From Kiritimatiellia bacterium (GTDB lineage: Bacteria > Verrucomicrobiota > Kiritimatiellia > RFP12 > DVOR01), in NCBI GenBank assembly GCA_017531445.1, contig JAFXKZ010000002.1, positions 201,286 to 265,285 of the forward strand: a DNA stretch of 64,000 nt, written 5' to 3'. The notes under the pieces are model-generated. The model saw nothing but the letters and a program-made list of their open reading frames with translations. It was not told the DNA's origin and searched no databases. Positions 26,940 through 41,900 of the stretch are shown here, one piece after another. Position numbers and translations under genes: made by a program. The stretch's first letter is position 1, and every line of letters begins with the position of its first letter.

Positions 26940-29900
26940 ATGAAAGCAAAACAGATTTTGACATTCTTTGCCGCGCTTGCGTTCAGTTGGCCATTGATGG
27001 CTGCGACCTTGCAGAGCTTTGTAAACGAAGAACACGTAGACGGTGATATCATTCTCGTGCCCGATGGTGAATATGAACCTTCGGATCTATCACAAGAAAC
27101 GCGCCGTTTGACGTTCCGTGCGGAAAATGAAGGAGAGGTCATCATTGATGGCGGCACAACAACGCGTTGTGTTGACTTGTCTGACTCTATTACTTTGGAA
27201 GGTTTCCTCTTACGTAATGGTAAGGCGGAGCAGGGTGGTGGTGTGCGTGGAGGCACCATTGTGCGTACAACAGTGCAGAACTGCACTGCGATTTTCGGCG
27301 GTGGCGCGTACAAAACCAATATCCGGGCTTCAATTTTCAAACACAACTCCGCAGAATTCTTTGGCACGGCGGCTTATGGCGGCACGGCGTTCTCTTCTCG
27401 CTTTGAGGAGAATACTTCTGCTTCTTATGGTGGTGGTATGGCAACACTCTTTGGTGTGACCACCGCAAACTGCGCCATCGTTAATAATCGTGCGTTGCAT
27501 GATGTGGCCGGCACAATGGCTTCACCGGTACAGAATATGGTGTACTATGCCAACGTTGCAGAACGCGGCAACTATGAAGGGTCCCCGACAAAAGATATTG
27601 ATGCTGTAGGAGGCGCACCGGAAGGTGAAGCATTTAAGTCGGTCTCCGGCGTGGACATCTTTACAAATGTTGCGATTGGCGATTACACCTTGGATGTGAC
27701 TAAGGCGGCCGAGCACGTTAAAGAAAAGGCAGACCCTTCGCTGGGTGGAAACTACGATGTGCTTTGGTACGATAAAGATCTTGCGGGTCGTCCGCGACTT
27801 TTGGATCAAGCCTTAGACATTGGTCCTTATGAAATTGCTGATACAATTACGGTAACGTGTGAAGTTAAAGGCGTGGGTGAAGTCGCAGTTGTGCCAACGG
27901 AAGTTCAGGAAGGTGATCCCGTCACGTTTACTGCGACATCTGATACCTATCAACGTGAATTTATTGGTTACTATGTGAATGACAGATTAGTCTCCACAGA
28001 AGCAACCATGACCTATGCACCATTGAAGGAAGATAAAATTGTTGCACGATTTGCCGGACTAACGCTTGACCCAACAAATGAGGCGTTGGACAGCCTCGAA
28101 GAAGTCATCGCCGCATTGCATCCATCAATTCTTGAAGAAGTTACCTTGACAAATGGCACCTTCGCAATTCCAGCCTTGGATAAACCTGTAGCATTCGTAG
28201 GTGCCTCAACAAGTGAAACAACGGTTAATCTTTCCGGGGATTGTAAGGGTGCCTATGTTATCAATGCAACAGTTACGGGCGCAGACGTTTCTAATGTAAC
28301 GTTGCATCGCTGTTTGGTGAATAATTTCTCGGGGGCAAATGTCACCTTGACTTCCTCGATAATTGCATCGACTTGCACCAATATCTCTGGTAAAGCAGTG
28401 AATACAACTGCTTGGAATGCGATGCCTGCCGGATTAACACAGGTGGACTGTGTCGTGTTATCAGGGACGACCAATACGGTAACAGATGCAATTTTGCTCA
28501 AGAATGATACAAATATTGATGCCGGGCAGGGTGGAAGCGACATTATCCCCTATGACAATTTTGATATTGCCGGTCGTCCACGTGTGAGTGGAACTAAGGT
28601 TGACTGTGGTGCACATGAATGTAATTACATTACGGTGTCTGTAGCGGCAGAAGGTTACTATGCTGCACTTTCACCTACGGTGGAAACTTATGACAAGTTG
28701 ACAGGCGATATTCTGACGCTCTCTTATGAATCGCCCCGGACATTCCGTGGGTGGAGACTTGCCGATGGTACGGTTCTTACGCGTGAACCCTCTTACACTT
28801 ATGTGTTGCCGGAGGGCGATTGCGTTTTGACCGCTTCATTTGAAGGTTTTGCGCTAACGCCTGAATCAACGATTCCAAATGATACTACGGCAGCAGATAC
28901 GATTGTCCTTGCGCCGGGTATCTATACGCAAGATTTCACAACTGCAGCCACAATTGTCGGTACCGGTCTACAAGATGAAGTGGTATTGACCGGTACAATC
29001 GCTGGCGGTGCTCGCTTGGAGGCAGTCTCTTTTGAAGATGCGACGCTTTCAAATGTGACTCTGAATCGTTGTTATGTATCGGGAGGCTCAGCAACGAATG
29101 TAACTGCGTATAACTCGATTCTTGTGAATCTCACCTCTGCTACTGGCACGTATATCAATAATACGACTGTCAATACAGTATTGCCTGAAACCGCGAAGAA
29201 TACACGCGTTTTGAATGCGATCGTTGAGGATTACACGCCACCTCAAGAAGAAGCAGACAAAGGAGGTTCATTGACAAATGATGAACGCCTTGCTTTGGGT
29301 GATTATGATTATTATGGTAACCCGCGTGTAAATAATGCGACCATTGATAATGGTGCTGTTGAATACGAATGGCCACCCTATATTGTGACGATTGATGTGA
29401 TTGGCCATGGTTTGGTAGAGCCGCGTGGAGCGGTTGAAGTGGTTCGTGGCGCACCCTTAACCTTTACGGTGAAGCAAGACCCGAAACATCCGCGTAATCT
29501 CGTCTCGGTTAGTGGCGCGGAGGATAAAGGTAACGGAATCTATTCAGTGTATCCGAATGCTGACGCTACTGTTACGGTTACCTTTGAAATGTTGCCGGAA
29601 GTTACGACCGATGATGCTCTTCAAGAAGCACTTGTTGAAGCTCAAGATGGCGAAACGATTACGGTGGCTCCTGGCACCTATGGCGCAATTGATGTGAAGG
29701 GGAAGCGTCTGAAGATTGTGGCTTCTGACTTGAATCCTGCGAATACCGTTATTGATGCGTTAGGGCAGGGACGAGCGGCTACCTTAACCGGGGGTGCAGA
29801 AATTATCGGCTTTACAATTCAAAATGGTATTGCCAATAAGGGGGCAGGTGTCTATCAAGGAACCGTGCGCCGCTGTATCATTCAAAAGAATACCCTGACC

Positions 29901-32900
29901 TATAATGGCTTTGGTGCAGGTGTGTGCGAAGTCTTTGCGGAGTCCTGCCTGATTGTTGATAATGGTTCTGAGAATGTCGTACGTTCCAATGGTGGAGGTG
30001 CCTCTACTTCAGACCTCTTAAACTGCACCGTCGTGCGCAATATTGCAGATAAGGGAGCAGGCCTCTATGACTGTACAGCGAAGAATTGCGTCATTGCGCT
30101 TAATACTGACCTCGCAGGTGCGGTTTCTGATTGGGCTGGCGACTCGGTTGCGCCCGACCCAACCGATTGTTGCACACCTACAACGGGTGGAATTACTGTG
30201 GATGCGGGAACACTCTTTGTGGATCCTGAAAATAATGACTGGCGTTTGCGTGAAGGTATCGCGTGTATTGATGCTGGAACGAACGATGACCGCTTAAGCG
30301 AAAAGGATGTGACAGGTGCCGTACGTGTTTATGATGATGCGGTTGATATGGGGGCTATTGAATGGAACTCGCCTGATTACAACATTACAATTGCCTTCCA
30401 GGGGCGTGGTATTGCAACGGTAGATGGTACAGAAATCGCATGGGATGCAGAAGCTTCTGCAAAGGTCCTGAGTGTGCCACGCACACAGCAGAAGCTTTCC
30501 TTGCAGTGGAAGGAAGATGCTGCAACTTCTGTGGTTCGTACCTTTGTGGGCATTATGGCCAATAATGCCATGCTTGAAGGTTCTACTGATGCCGTAAACA
30601 ATGCCTTTACATGGACGATTGCCGCAGAAGACACGGTAAATGTAATGTTAACCTTTATTGCAGAAGACCTTAGTGTCACAACCGCAGAGGAGTTAACTGC
30701 TGCACTTGAATCTGCGATTGCGGGCGAAACGATTAAGTTGGCCGAAGGTAATTATGACGTTGAGGTGGACATTGGCACTGGTGTCATTGTGGATGGTGCG
30801 TCGAAGGCTACCCTCTTACAGGGCGCGACCCTTGCAGATGGCGCAGTCTTGAAGCGGGTGACTGTTACGGGGGCTGGTGTGACCGGTCCTGAAACGGGTC
30901 GTGCTGAATTGATCCAGAGTATTGTTAAGGGGGTTACAGGCGTAGCCGTCAAGCAGAATATGGTCTTAAAGACCTGTTTAGTGTATGAAAATACAATCGG
31001 TGTGATGGATTCGACAGCGTACCTCTCTACGATTGTTTCTAACACCGCCGCGGGTGTGAGTGGCACTTCTCGCATTTACGGTACGGTTGTTTGGGGCAAT
31101 GGTGTGGATGTTGAAGAATCGGTTGAACGCATTGATTCCTATGTCGGTGGTAATCCGAAGTTTACCCTCCCAGCACCTGATGGGGAAGACTATACTGTGC
31201 TTACTCAATCACCTTTGATTGATTTGGCCGAAACGGCACAATGGGAAGGGTTTACCGATGCAGATCGCAGCTTGGCCGATTTGGCTGGTAACGCCCGCCC
31301 TGCCTTAAATGGTTATGATATCGGTGCTTATGAATTGCAAGTAGCCGCAGATCCGTTTGCCTTGTGGACTTGGTATGGCTCTGCCTATACTGTAGATGGC
31401 ACTTGGAGTGGTTCAAATTGGCGTAAACTGATTTATGGCGCACCCTACAACTTACCCGCTAATGAATCTGCCCGCTTTATTGATCGTGATGGTTTCGCGA
31501 GTGCAGAGGTTGCGATAGATAGTGTTGTAACCATTCCTTCACTTCAACTGGAAAATGCGAAGTGTGCGCTTGCTTTCCGCGATGCCGGCGGTCGATTGAC
31601 TGTTAATTCCGGTGTGATCAAGTCGAGTTCTGGTGACCTGACTTTGGCTGCACAGATGGATATTAAAGAGCAGCTCTATCTTTCAGCAGGAGCATTGACT
31701 GTAGAGGAGGGGGCTTCGGTTGCTGTGGATGGCAAGTTTGTTGCCTCCAGCACCCCCGTGACAATGACGGGCGGACTCCTTTCTGCCGCTACGAAGAGCG
31801 ATTTGTTTGGCACAACTCAGTTCACGTTGACGGATGGGACGTTTGAATTTGGCGATTACTTGAACATCCGCGACTCGGTCTTTGTTGACCTTGCAGGGGG
31901 CACTGTAACAGGCGGTGAAATCAGTGTGGCGCAAGATACGCGTGATGCGTTGCGTTTCTCGGGTGCGGATGTAACCGTTAGTAAGATTGAAACTGGCGAT
32001 GAGAGCAGTGGTCGTTACGGCAACATTGTTCAGACTGGCGGTACGCTCACAGTAACCGGGAGTGGGTCAGGAAAGAGTGCTCCCTTGCATATCTCTCACT
32101 GGAGCGGGTGGTCAAACTACACAATGACGGGTGGTCAACTCTTCGTCCCTAATGGAGAAGTCCGTATTGGGCAAGATGGTAATGGTCATTTGATTTTAAG
32201 TGGCGGTTATGCTGAAGTAAAGTCGATTGGCATTACGAATGGTAAAGTTACGCTTGCGGGCGGCACACTGAAAGTGCAGACTACGCAAACGCTCCCAATT
32301 ACCTTTACGGCAGGGACTGCTTCTCGCGTTATTGCTCCAGATGCTGAATCGGCTTATCTTCAGATTACGCCGAGCGAGGCAGGAGATATTATCTTTGGTG
32401 AATCGCTTGGCTACTTCCAAATCGGTACATCTTCGGAATGGGTTACCGTAACAAACAATAATCTGATCTTTGAAAATGGCGTCCGCTTAAGTGCAAAGAT
32501 TGCTTTAACAGGCACGGGAAAAGGAATTACGGTGCCTGGAAGTGGTACTGCGCCAGTAATTACCAGTGGCAGTTTCTCTGTTGACCAACTTGCATTTTCG
32601 GGCGACTTGTCGGAAGAAGAAACAATGCTACTCACAATCAGAGTGTCCAGTGGTCATACCGCAATTACCGCAGAACAATTTACGGTTACCGGACGGTGGG
32701 CAGGAAATTGTTCTTTACGCGTTGCCGGTCCTGAAGAGGCAAACGGCTATGCCATCTACAATGTCTATGCCACGCGCACGGGTACTCCTGCAGTGGTGGG
32801 GACACCTACATTAACCTTGGCCGGCGGTACAACCGAATGGACCTCCAACAACTGGTCGCCTGCATTTGTTGCAGGAGGAGATGCCATTGTTCGTGTGATG

Positions 32901-35900
32901 GAGGATAGTACGCTTGACATGGATGCGTACAAGACAGTGAACAATCTGACGATTGAAATCGCAGAGGGAAAAACTTTGACCATCGCAAAGGGAAGTTCTC
33001 TTTCGGCCGCGGGAACTGTCACTCTTGTTGGTGGTGGTACGCTTCGCTTGGAGAATGCGTTCATCTATGGTTCAATCGCGACTTGTGATTTGGCTCAAAT
33101 TATTTCTAATGTTTCCTCTCAGGAATGGCAAGGTACAGCCCTGAACGGTGTGCCGATTCGTGTAGAGCAATCTGCTACATTAAGTAATTTGAATGAGATT
33201 GATCTCTCAATTGCAGAGGGCGTGACAGTCGGCTTGCCAACGACTTGTCGTGGTCTTCTTGTAAGTGATGGTGCTTGTACACTTTCTACTGACTCTGCAA
33301 CAACTTTCACGGGCGAAGCCGTGTTTGGTGGAGCCGTGACGCTTGTGTGGAACACAACATTTAATGGTTCTCTCGTGCTTGGCGCTCTGCCAGCTACATC
33401 TGAAAAGGTCTTCTATGGAGATGTGGAGGTTACATTACCAGAAGGTGTAGACTTAACCATTCCAAGTGGCCAGATTACATCAGGTGCTTACTTCAAAAAA
33501 ACTGGGGAAGGCAAGTTAACCTTGTCGGATGCATCGTATAACGCCAATCTGAGGTTGGGCGGAGTTGTTGAATTTACACAAGATACGACAATCAATGGTG
33601 CGCTTCACATTGAAGAAGGGGCCGTAGTCTTCTTGCCTTATGATGCAACACTTATCGCGACGGGCGAAGTCCGCATTGAGCCTTCTGTCCGGTTTATTTT
33701 GACCACATCGCCAGAGGCGAATGTAACATTAGCGGATGCCTATACGCTTCTTTCTTCGAATACTGCCGCAGGCTTGGTGATTGATCAGTTGGCCACGTTA
33801 TCGGTGATGTGGCAAAACATCCCAGCAGACGAAACGTTGTCAAATCCGCAGGTCGCGCTTGCGGGTGATATGCTCGTGTACACCCTGACGCGTGAGTCGG
33901 CAAAGGTGTGGACGGGAGCTACATCTTCGGATTGGTCTACGGCGTCCAACTGGTCAGATAATGTTGTGCCGGAAGCAGACGATACGGTGCGCTTCACAGA
34001 TGCAGCTACTACAAAGACTGTTGAGCTTTCATCCTCCGTTCCTGTGGGGGTGATGACCTTTGCTTCGGGGGACTACACTTTGAATGGCGGTATGAACTTA
34101 AATAGTTTTACTGGCAAGACAGATGTCAATCACCTTGCCGGAACAACCGCATGGGTGGATACCTTTATTGAACGTGGAGTATATACCATTTATGCCGGGG
34201 CAAAGGCTACACTTGCGCAGGAAATGGGGTATGTTTATAAGGGGAGTTTCGCAGGTGAAGGTGCGCTTGAATTGATCGGGGGCTCCTTTACATTGGCTGC
34301 CGCATCGGTAGGCTATTCCGGTGCTTTTACTGTGGGGACCGATACTTCCTTGACGCTTGTCAACGCGGAAAGCTTATACGCTGCAACAGTGAATGTGGCA
34401 GGAACATTGGCGGTTGAGTCTGATGCTTCTGTCGCAACTGTCGTGATGGAAGATGGAGGGCAATTGCGCCTTTCAAAGGACTACACCTTTACGGTGCGTG
34501 AGGAAATTACGGGGGATGTCGCTATTTCAATCGCAACCTTACCTGATGAAGTTGGCGATTGGGAAATCATGGCTTTGCCGATGAATACGGCCGCTTCCTT
34601 CACATTGCTGAATGAAACTTCAGCCGAAGATAAGTTTATTGCCTTCTTATCGCAGTCAGAAGATCGCCTTATCCTTTCGCTCCGCCCGACAACTGACATC
34701 GCTTGGGCAAGCAAGAATGTAACTACTGGCGCCGATGTCTGGAACGTCTATGGCACTCCGGTTGCGACAACAGTAACGGCAGGGAAACGCGTGTGGCTGA
34801 CGGATGTGGAAGGTGTTACGGCTGCAACGATTTCTTTGCCGGAAAATCCCTCGTCAGTAATGGTTGAGGCAGTAGAAACCGTTTATACCATCAACAATGC
34901 GACAGCAGTGACAATGCCGATGACAGTCATGGCCGGTTCACAGGTTGTCTTGCGTACAAATGCAACACTGAGTGAATTGTCGAATGGTGGTGTAATTACT
35001 GTCCAAAATGCAACGCTTGACTTGACGGAGACACAGTTGGTTGGCCGTGGCAAGGTCATTGCTGGGACTGGTGGCATTGTTCGAATTTCTGCACAAACGT
35101 TGGCAGAGTCCACAATGACGTTCTCGTGTGAGGGCGGCAAATTGGAAGTGGTCACAACGGAAGATTTCTCGATGCCGACGAATCGTATTCCAGATAACTG
35201 CTCCGGTTTGATTAAGGAAGGCGAAGGAACGCTGTATCTGCCACCAGCGGCCATGTCAAGTACGATTACTGTAAATGACGGTGTATTGATGCCGACCGGC
35301 GCAATTGCATTAAAGGCACGTTACTTTAAGTTTGAGCCACATGAACGTTTTGCAGGCTCGGCTTGGTGGTTGCCTGCAACAGGCTTGTCTGACTTTGTTA
35401 CAACGCTTTCAGGTGAACGACAGGCGTGGCCGGATGGAGCAAAAATTGTGCGTTTTGATTCCGGTGTGACCAATAAGATTCAGATTGGTATTACCGGAGA
35501 TTCGCAGTCTTCTATTGACGGCATTTCGGGTAAGATCGCAAATGTCTTTGACAATGATCTGAATACACAGTTGTTGTGGAATGATTGGCACGACAGCTAT
35601 GGTACGGGTGATAAATGGCGTCGTAACTACTTCGTCATTGATGCCGGTGAACAAGGTTTCAAGTTCACTGGATATAACGTGGGCACACCAGACAATCTGG
35701 ATGCATTCTTCTGGAAGTGGTCTGTTGCTGTCGCCAACGACATCTCAAATTGGCGGCCGAATACAGAGCTTTCAACAAAAACTGCTGATGAAGACACGAT
35801 TTGGCAGACAATTGATGAACGCACCTTCCCGGAAGATAAGACGTTATTCAAGACAAGTGCTTGGATGAATGCGGGTGAATATGCGGCTCGTCGTCAATCA

Positions 35901-38900
35901 GGCTTCTGGTCTGAATATACAGGCAGCGTGAATCTCGCCTCTGCCTCGGCGGTCTTGGATCTCTCTAAGGCCGTAGGCACTTCTGGAATTCTTCAGGATG
36001 AAGTGGAAATGGCTACCGTTTCGGGTGTAGGCACGTTAAAAGTGCCAACATCATTGAAGGTGACTGCCGACACTTTGTCGATGAACACATTACACCTTAC
36101 GGGAACGGATGTTTTGAAAACACCCATCTCGGTGAAGTCTACAGCTGTAATTTCTACAATCACAATGGATGAGGCTGTTTCTGCGGCATACAATGAAAGT
36201 CCTTCCGCAGACTTTGTTTTGATTGAAGGATACACAGGGACGATTGCGCCGACATTAAGCGGAATGCAGGATCCTGGTGATGGTGGCACATGGCAATTAG
36301 CTGTGATTGATGGCAATTTACATCTCGGGTTGGCAAATTCGCCTCGTTTCTTGGCCACCACCTTGCTTTCGGAGTCTGAAAATTGGTCTTCGTTGGCATG
36401 GACGGATATCTTGGGGAATCCCATTGAGCCAGATTGGGCGGCAGTGGAAGAGATAACAATTAAGATGACTTCCACTTCTCCGGACAAAGTGACGCTTACT
36501 TTACCCTCCGGAATTGCTGTGTCGGGCATTGAACGCATCGTTTTTGATTTTGGCGATACGGAGTCCAAGCGAGTCTGTTTGACAGGATCGGGCACTTTGC
36601 AGACGAAAGTCCTCGAAATTAAAGGCGAACATCGGGGGACTTTGTTGCCGGATTCGACGACTTTGCTTACGGCAGAAAGTCTGGAAGTAAACGCCCCCGA
36701 GTGGGACACTTCTCCAAAATTGTTGGATATGTTTGGGGGAAGCTCGGCTTCGTGGCGAGCTCCGAATGTCCCGATGGGTATTATTGCAAAGACAACGACC
36801 GAGGCCATCGCCTCCAAGGTGTTGGGCACTGCATTGATTACAGTCCGCGAAGGAACGTTGAAATTGCGCAAGGAAGAGCAATTTGACAGTATGACGCGTG
36901 AACTTCATGTGGCCGCAGGTGCTACATTGGATGTGAATGGGTGTCCCATCTCTAATAACTTAACCTTACAGGGTGGTACATTAACGAATAGTGGTGCAGG
37001 GATTGGAACGCATAAACGCCAAAACTATAACATCACTTTGACGGCTGATTCGGTCATCTCTGGTGTTTCAGATTATTACTCTTTGAACAATGGTTATAAT
37101 GTGCATACGCTCACGTTGAATGGTCATACATTAACGAAGCGTGGCACATGTGCATTTGGTTTCTACAATGCAAACATTGAAGGAGGGGACGGCACAATTG
37201 TTGTGGAGGCGGGTACCTTGCGTGTACAGCCACACAATAGCAACGTTCGTACCTTAAAGGATGTTACCTTTGTTGAACAGGGGGGGACGGTTGAGATCTC
37301 TGCCCCTGTCACGCTTTCCGGAACTGTGACATTGGACGGAGGCATATGCTCTGCAGCCGTGACTGTAGCAGCGGATTCAAAAGTGCGTGGCACAGGAACA
37401 ATCGCGGGAGCACTGACATTGAATAGCGGAGCCAAGATTGAAGTATACAGTCTTGCCGAGCCGTTGAAATTGTCTGGGGATTATCCTGCAACGATTACGA
37501 TGTCCACTATGGAAGGTTTGGAGTATCCTGCAACGGTCGTGCCAATTCTTTCAATTGCTAACGCGACGGAAGCAACACGTCCGTATGTGACGCTTGAAAA
37601 CTTACCCGGCTCGCGCAAATTGGAGTGGAATGAAGATTACACCGTATTAAATGTAGTACCTCAGGATGCACTTTCAACAGAAACGACAGTGAAAGCGACA
37701 CTTTCCGGTGATGCGAATTGGTCAACGCTGAATTGGACTGACAGCAATGGCGTAGGGATTAATCCGGATTGGCGTATTGTGACAAATGTCACTTTGACGG
37801 CAACGGCCGATGCCATCATCACGCGCGATGTGGCGACAGAGGCGATAACTTCTTTAACAATCGCTGAATCTTCCTTCAAGATTGACTTACAGGGTACAGC
37901 ACTGTCGGCACTGACGACACTTGCAGCCAATGGTGATGTTTCCTTTGGTCTAGGAATGCTTACCACGATGCCGACCGCATTGTCTGGTGATGCTGAAATT
38001 ACGTTCTATACGGATGTCGCAACTACGCTTGGAGGTGGAGACACAACGTATGCCTACAATGATTTTACCGGTCGTTGGATCATTGAAGATGGCGCAACCC
38101 TGACCATCGGAGGTGAAGGCGGTGGCAAGATGGGGCAGTTGAACTGGAACTCCGCCATCGCAGACAGTGGCCAAATTGAAGTTCGGCAGGGTGGAACGCT
38201 CACTTTGGGGACCAATCATGCCTTCGGATGGGCAGACGGTGCCAATCAGCGCAACCGCACCGTTCTTGTAGTTGATGGCGGTCGCGTAGTGTGTGATGCG
38301 AATTATGACCAGTATGTGCGCCGCACTTTTGAATTGAAGAATGGTGCAGAGCTCTATTCTTCTGCGACAACGCCAGGGAAAGGCATTTCGTTGGGACGGG
38401 ACACAAATATCCTTGTCACCGAGGGTGAAGCATCTCTGACAGGTACAATGTTTATTGGATGCGATAGTCAGCACTCCAATCAGCAGAATATACTCAATAT
38501 TATCGCTCAGCCGGGAGCGACATTAAAGATTCCTGCGAGTATCAATAATGGGGCCAACCAGTCAAATGCCGATGTGGATGTTGAAGATATGAAGTTCTCG
38601 GGAGGCGGCACCATTGTCCTGTCGGGAACAACATTGAATTCTTATACAAGAATGCAGGTGGCTGCTGATACCACGTTGCTTGTCAATGGAACGGTTTCTT
38701 TCGTGAAACCGATTACCTTTGAGGCAAATGCGATTGTGGGCGGTACAGGGTCGATTGCACCTGTCTCGACCTATTCTTCTACGGCATCGGTTACCTTTAG
38801 TGAAGGAACAAAGATCAAGATCGTGGATGAAACAGATCCGCTTTCAATCCAAGTAGGTGCGTATACCACATTTACGCCTCCGTCCGGTGGTATTGGTGTC

Positions 38901-41900
38901 ATTTTCCCGGAAGATATGGTCAGCGGCAACTCGGTGAAGGTGTTGACGTCTACTTCACTTCTTGCAACAAGCGACCTTTCGGTCCCGGATGGGTATACCA
39001 CAACTGTCGAAACGAGCGGGAGTTGGTATACCTTGGTCTGTTCCAAGACCTCACTTGATCAGTTCCCGACAATCCTTACGGATGTTTCCGGAGAAATGGA
39101 TTGGGATGCGCTTACCTGGCAGAATGAATCCGGAGCATCTTTGGATTCTTCGCTGATGGATTGGAGTGTCGTTACGACGGCAGTCTTGCGCGTCACCGAC
39201 AATACAATCTTGACGTTGCCGGAAAATATTGCATCCGGTAATCAGATTGCAACCTTGAAGGTGGAATTTGTTAAGGAGGGCTCCACGTTAACCTTTGCAG
39301 GTGCGACCGCGAGTGTACCTGTCATTCAGGTGATTGGTGTGAAATCCGGTCGTTTGGCAACGACAGCAACAGCCTTAACTGCGACCGCTTTGTCGGTTGA
39401 GTCAGGTGTTGTTGGATTGGATGTTGCCACGTTGAATGCGATTACCTCACTTTCGGATTCGGTTACTTACACCCTTTATGGTGATGGCACGCTCAATAAG
39501 GCATTGCCGGGCACTACACCCGTGACAATTGCTTCCGGCACAGTGAAGCCGAGTGCTGCAAATCAAATTTCTGGTCGTATGGTTACGATTAATTCTGGTG
39601 CGACCTTGGATGTCAATGGCTTTGCTCAGGCCTGTACCGTGACGCTTGCCGGCGGTACATTAACCAATACTGGCGCGGCATTAAGTGACCAGAGTGCTTG
39701 GCAGACCTATGGTATTACCTTGACGGCAGATTCGACCATCGGTGGCACAGCAGATATGCGTTCGTTGAATACGAATTGGGCTGCGCATACGATTGCATTG
39801 GGCAGTCGCACCTTAACCTTAGACAACACTTCTACGCTTTACTGGACAAATGCCTCCATTGAGAATGGCGCAATTCAGGTGGCAAGAGGTACTTTGGATA
39901 TCGGTTATGGTTGGGATAAGGATAACGGTTGGGCGAAGAAGGAAGCCGAAGCAACCTTGCGAAATGTCACGCTTACGGTCGCAGAGGGCGCAAAGCTAAC
40001 CTTGAATCGTGGTATGACGATTGAAGGAACCGTTGTGTTCAGTGAAGGGGCAACCTTCAATAAGGATGTGGCCATTATATTGGCTCAACCTGATGGGCAG
40101 ACGGCATCCTTAACTGTGCCGACCTCTGCGATTACAGGGGAGACCAGAATTGAGGTGGACTCCTTGACTTTGACGGGGACAGCAGCACCTGCTGTGTTGC
40201 CAACCTTCACGGGGATAACGGTTAACGTAGGTGAGACCCTTAAGACCGCCATCGCAGGCACTACAACTGCGCGTATTTTGTTGGCGACATTGGAGGGTAA
40301 TGAACCTGTGGTGAACAATGTGCCAGATGGGTGGCATGTAGAAATCGTAGATAACACCTTGAGTTTGGCGAATAATGCATTCCCAACGCATCTCGTAACG
40401 ACGTGTACGGGTTCGGTGACTTGGGATGACTTGCCATGGACGAATGCAAGCTCGCAGACTGAGGTGGTCTATGCCGATGTGGATAAGGAATTGGTGACCG
40501 CAATTACATTGAAGGTGCAGGGAGATGCTACACTCTTTGTGACTGATATTAAGACGCTCCTCCCGAATGTGGAGACGCTGAATGTGGTCTATGAGACGGC
40601 TGATGCGCTTTTGACCTTTGCTGGTGATGCCATTGTGCTGCCTGCGCTTGCCCTTTCGGGTGAAAATGGTTCAATCCATAGCACCGCGACCACTATCGCT
40701 ATTGATGGAATGACTTCATCGCAAGCTGCAGTGGGGCTCGGTGTCGGCATCTGGAATGTGGTTTCCTGGACGTCGCCGATGCCAACGTTGTATCGCCTCT
40801 ATGGTAATGGTGAGACCTTGAACAAGGAATTACCAGAAGTCGCAACACCTTTGACGACGTATGGTGACATTACACTTGAAAAGGTGCCGACAGGTTCTGC
40901 GGCAATTACAATTGCTTCCGGCAAGTTGACGTTTGAACCTTCCGAATCGGAAGTTACTCTGACTACACCAATCTCCGGAGGTTCGCTGGCTTGTAAGGGT
41001 ACAACCACCTACACAATCGCAGCAGCGAATCGTTGTGTCGTAACGACATTGGAGATTGGCGCAGAGACTGTGGTAAAGGCAACGGCGCAGAATGCACTTC
41101 AGACCACGACAATTACAGGTGAAGGCACCTTAATCGGCGTTGCTTATTTAGTGTCCGGAACGGTCTCTGAAGACTGGACAGGTGTTGTCCGTTTTGAAGA
41201 TGTGGCATCATACACCTATTTGAATCTTTCAAATTATGGTAATGCACAATCGAAGATTGAGTTAAAGAATCTCGGAACCGCCAACGGTAATGTCTATTTG
41301 GTAAATTCCACCTATGAAGTTGCTGCAGACCTGCAGTTGGAAGGTGCCAACTATATCAACAATGGATTCTATGCAAATTCCTACACCTTCTCGGGTGATT
41401 TGACAGGCGATGGTTCGTTGACCTGGGGAACATACGGCACTCCGAATGATTGCTATTTCTTCACCGGTGATCTGTCGGGCTTCACGGGAAATCTTACACA
41501 ATTACGCGCTAATCGTATTGTGTTAGGTAACAATACAAATGTTACGCAAGACGCCCTTACGATTGATGGCACAACCACATGGAATGGTACGTTGACTGCG
41601 AATGCAGATCGTTATATTCGTGTGATGGGGTCTGCTATCTTGAGTGGCTCAGGCACTTTGGCTTCGAATGTAACCTTCCAAGCGGAGGCGACATTGGATG
41701 TTACAGCAGGGACGAATCTGACTGTTGCCGAAGGCAAGACGGTTACATTGCCCGAAGCATTGACAGTGAAACTGCCTGTGGATACAGAGATGCCTGTGAC
41801 AATTCTGTCTACCACCGCATTCGCAGGATCAGAAGGTCTTGATGATTGTGTTGTCACAGTTGAGGGTGCCGAGGGCGCATTCCGTTTACGGAAGACGGCG

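Noticed and set aside
35993-36871. 292-aa ORF antisense inside the giant gene
   Set aside because: It lies entirely within the continuous 23.9-kb + frame and has no motif. It is produced by the codon bias of the Thr/Gly/Ala/Val-rich sense frame.
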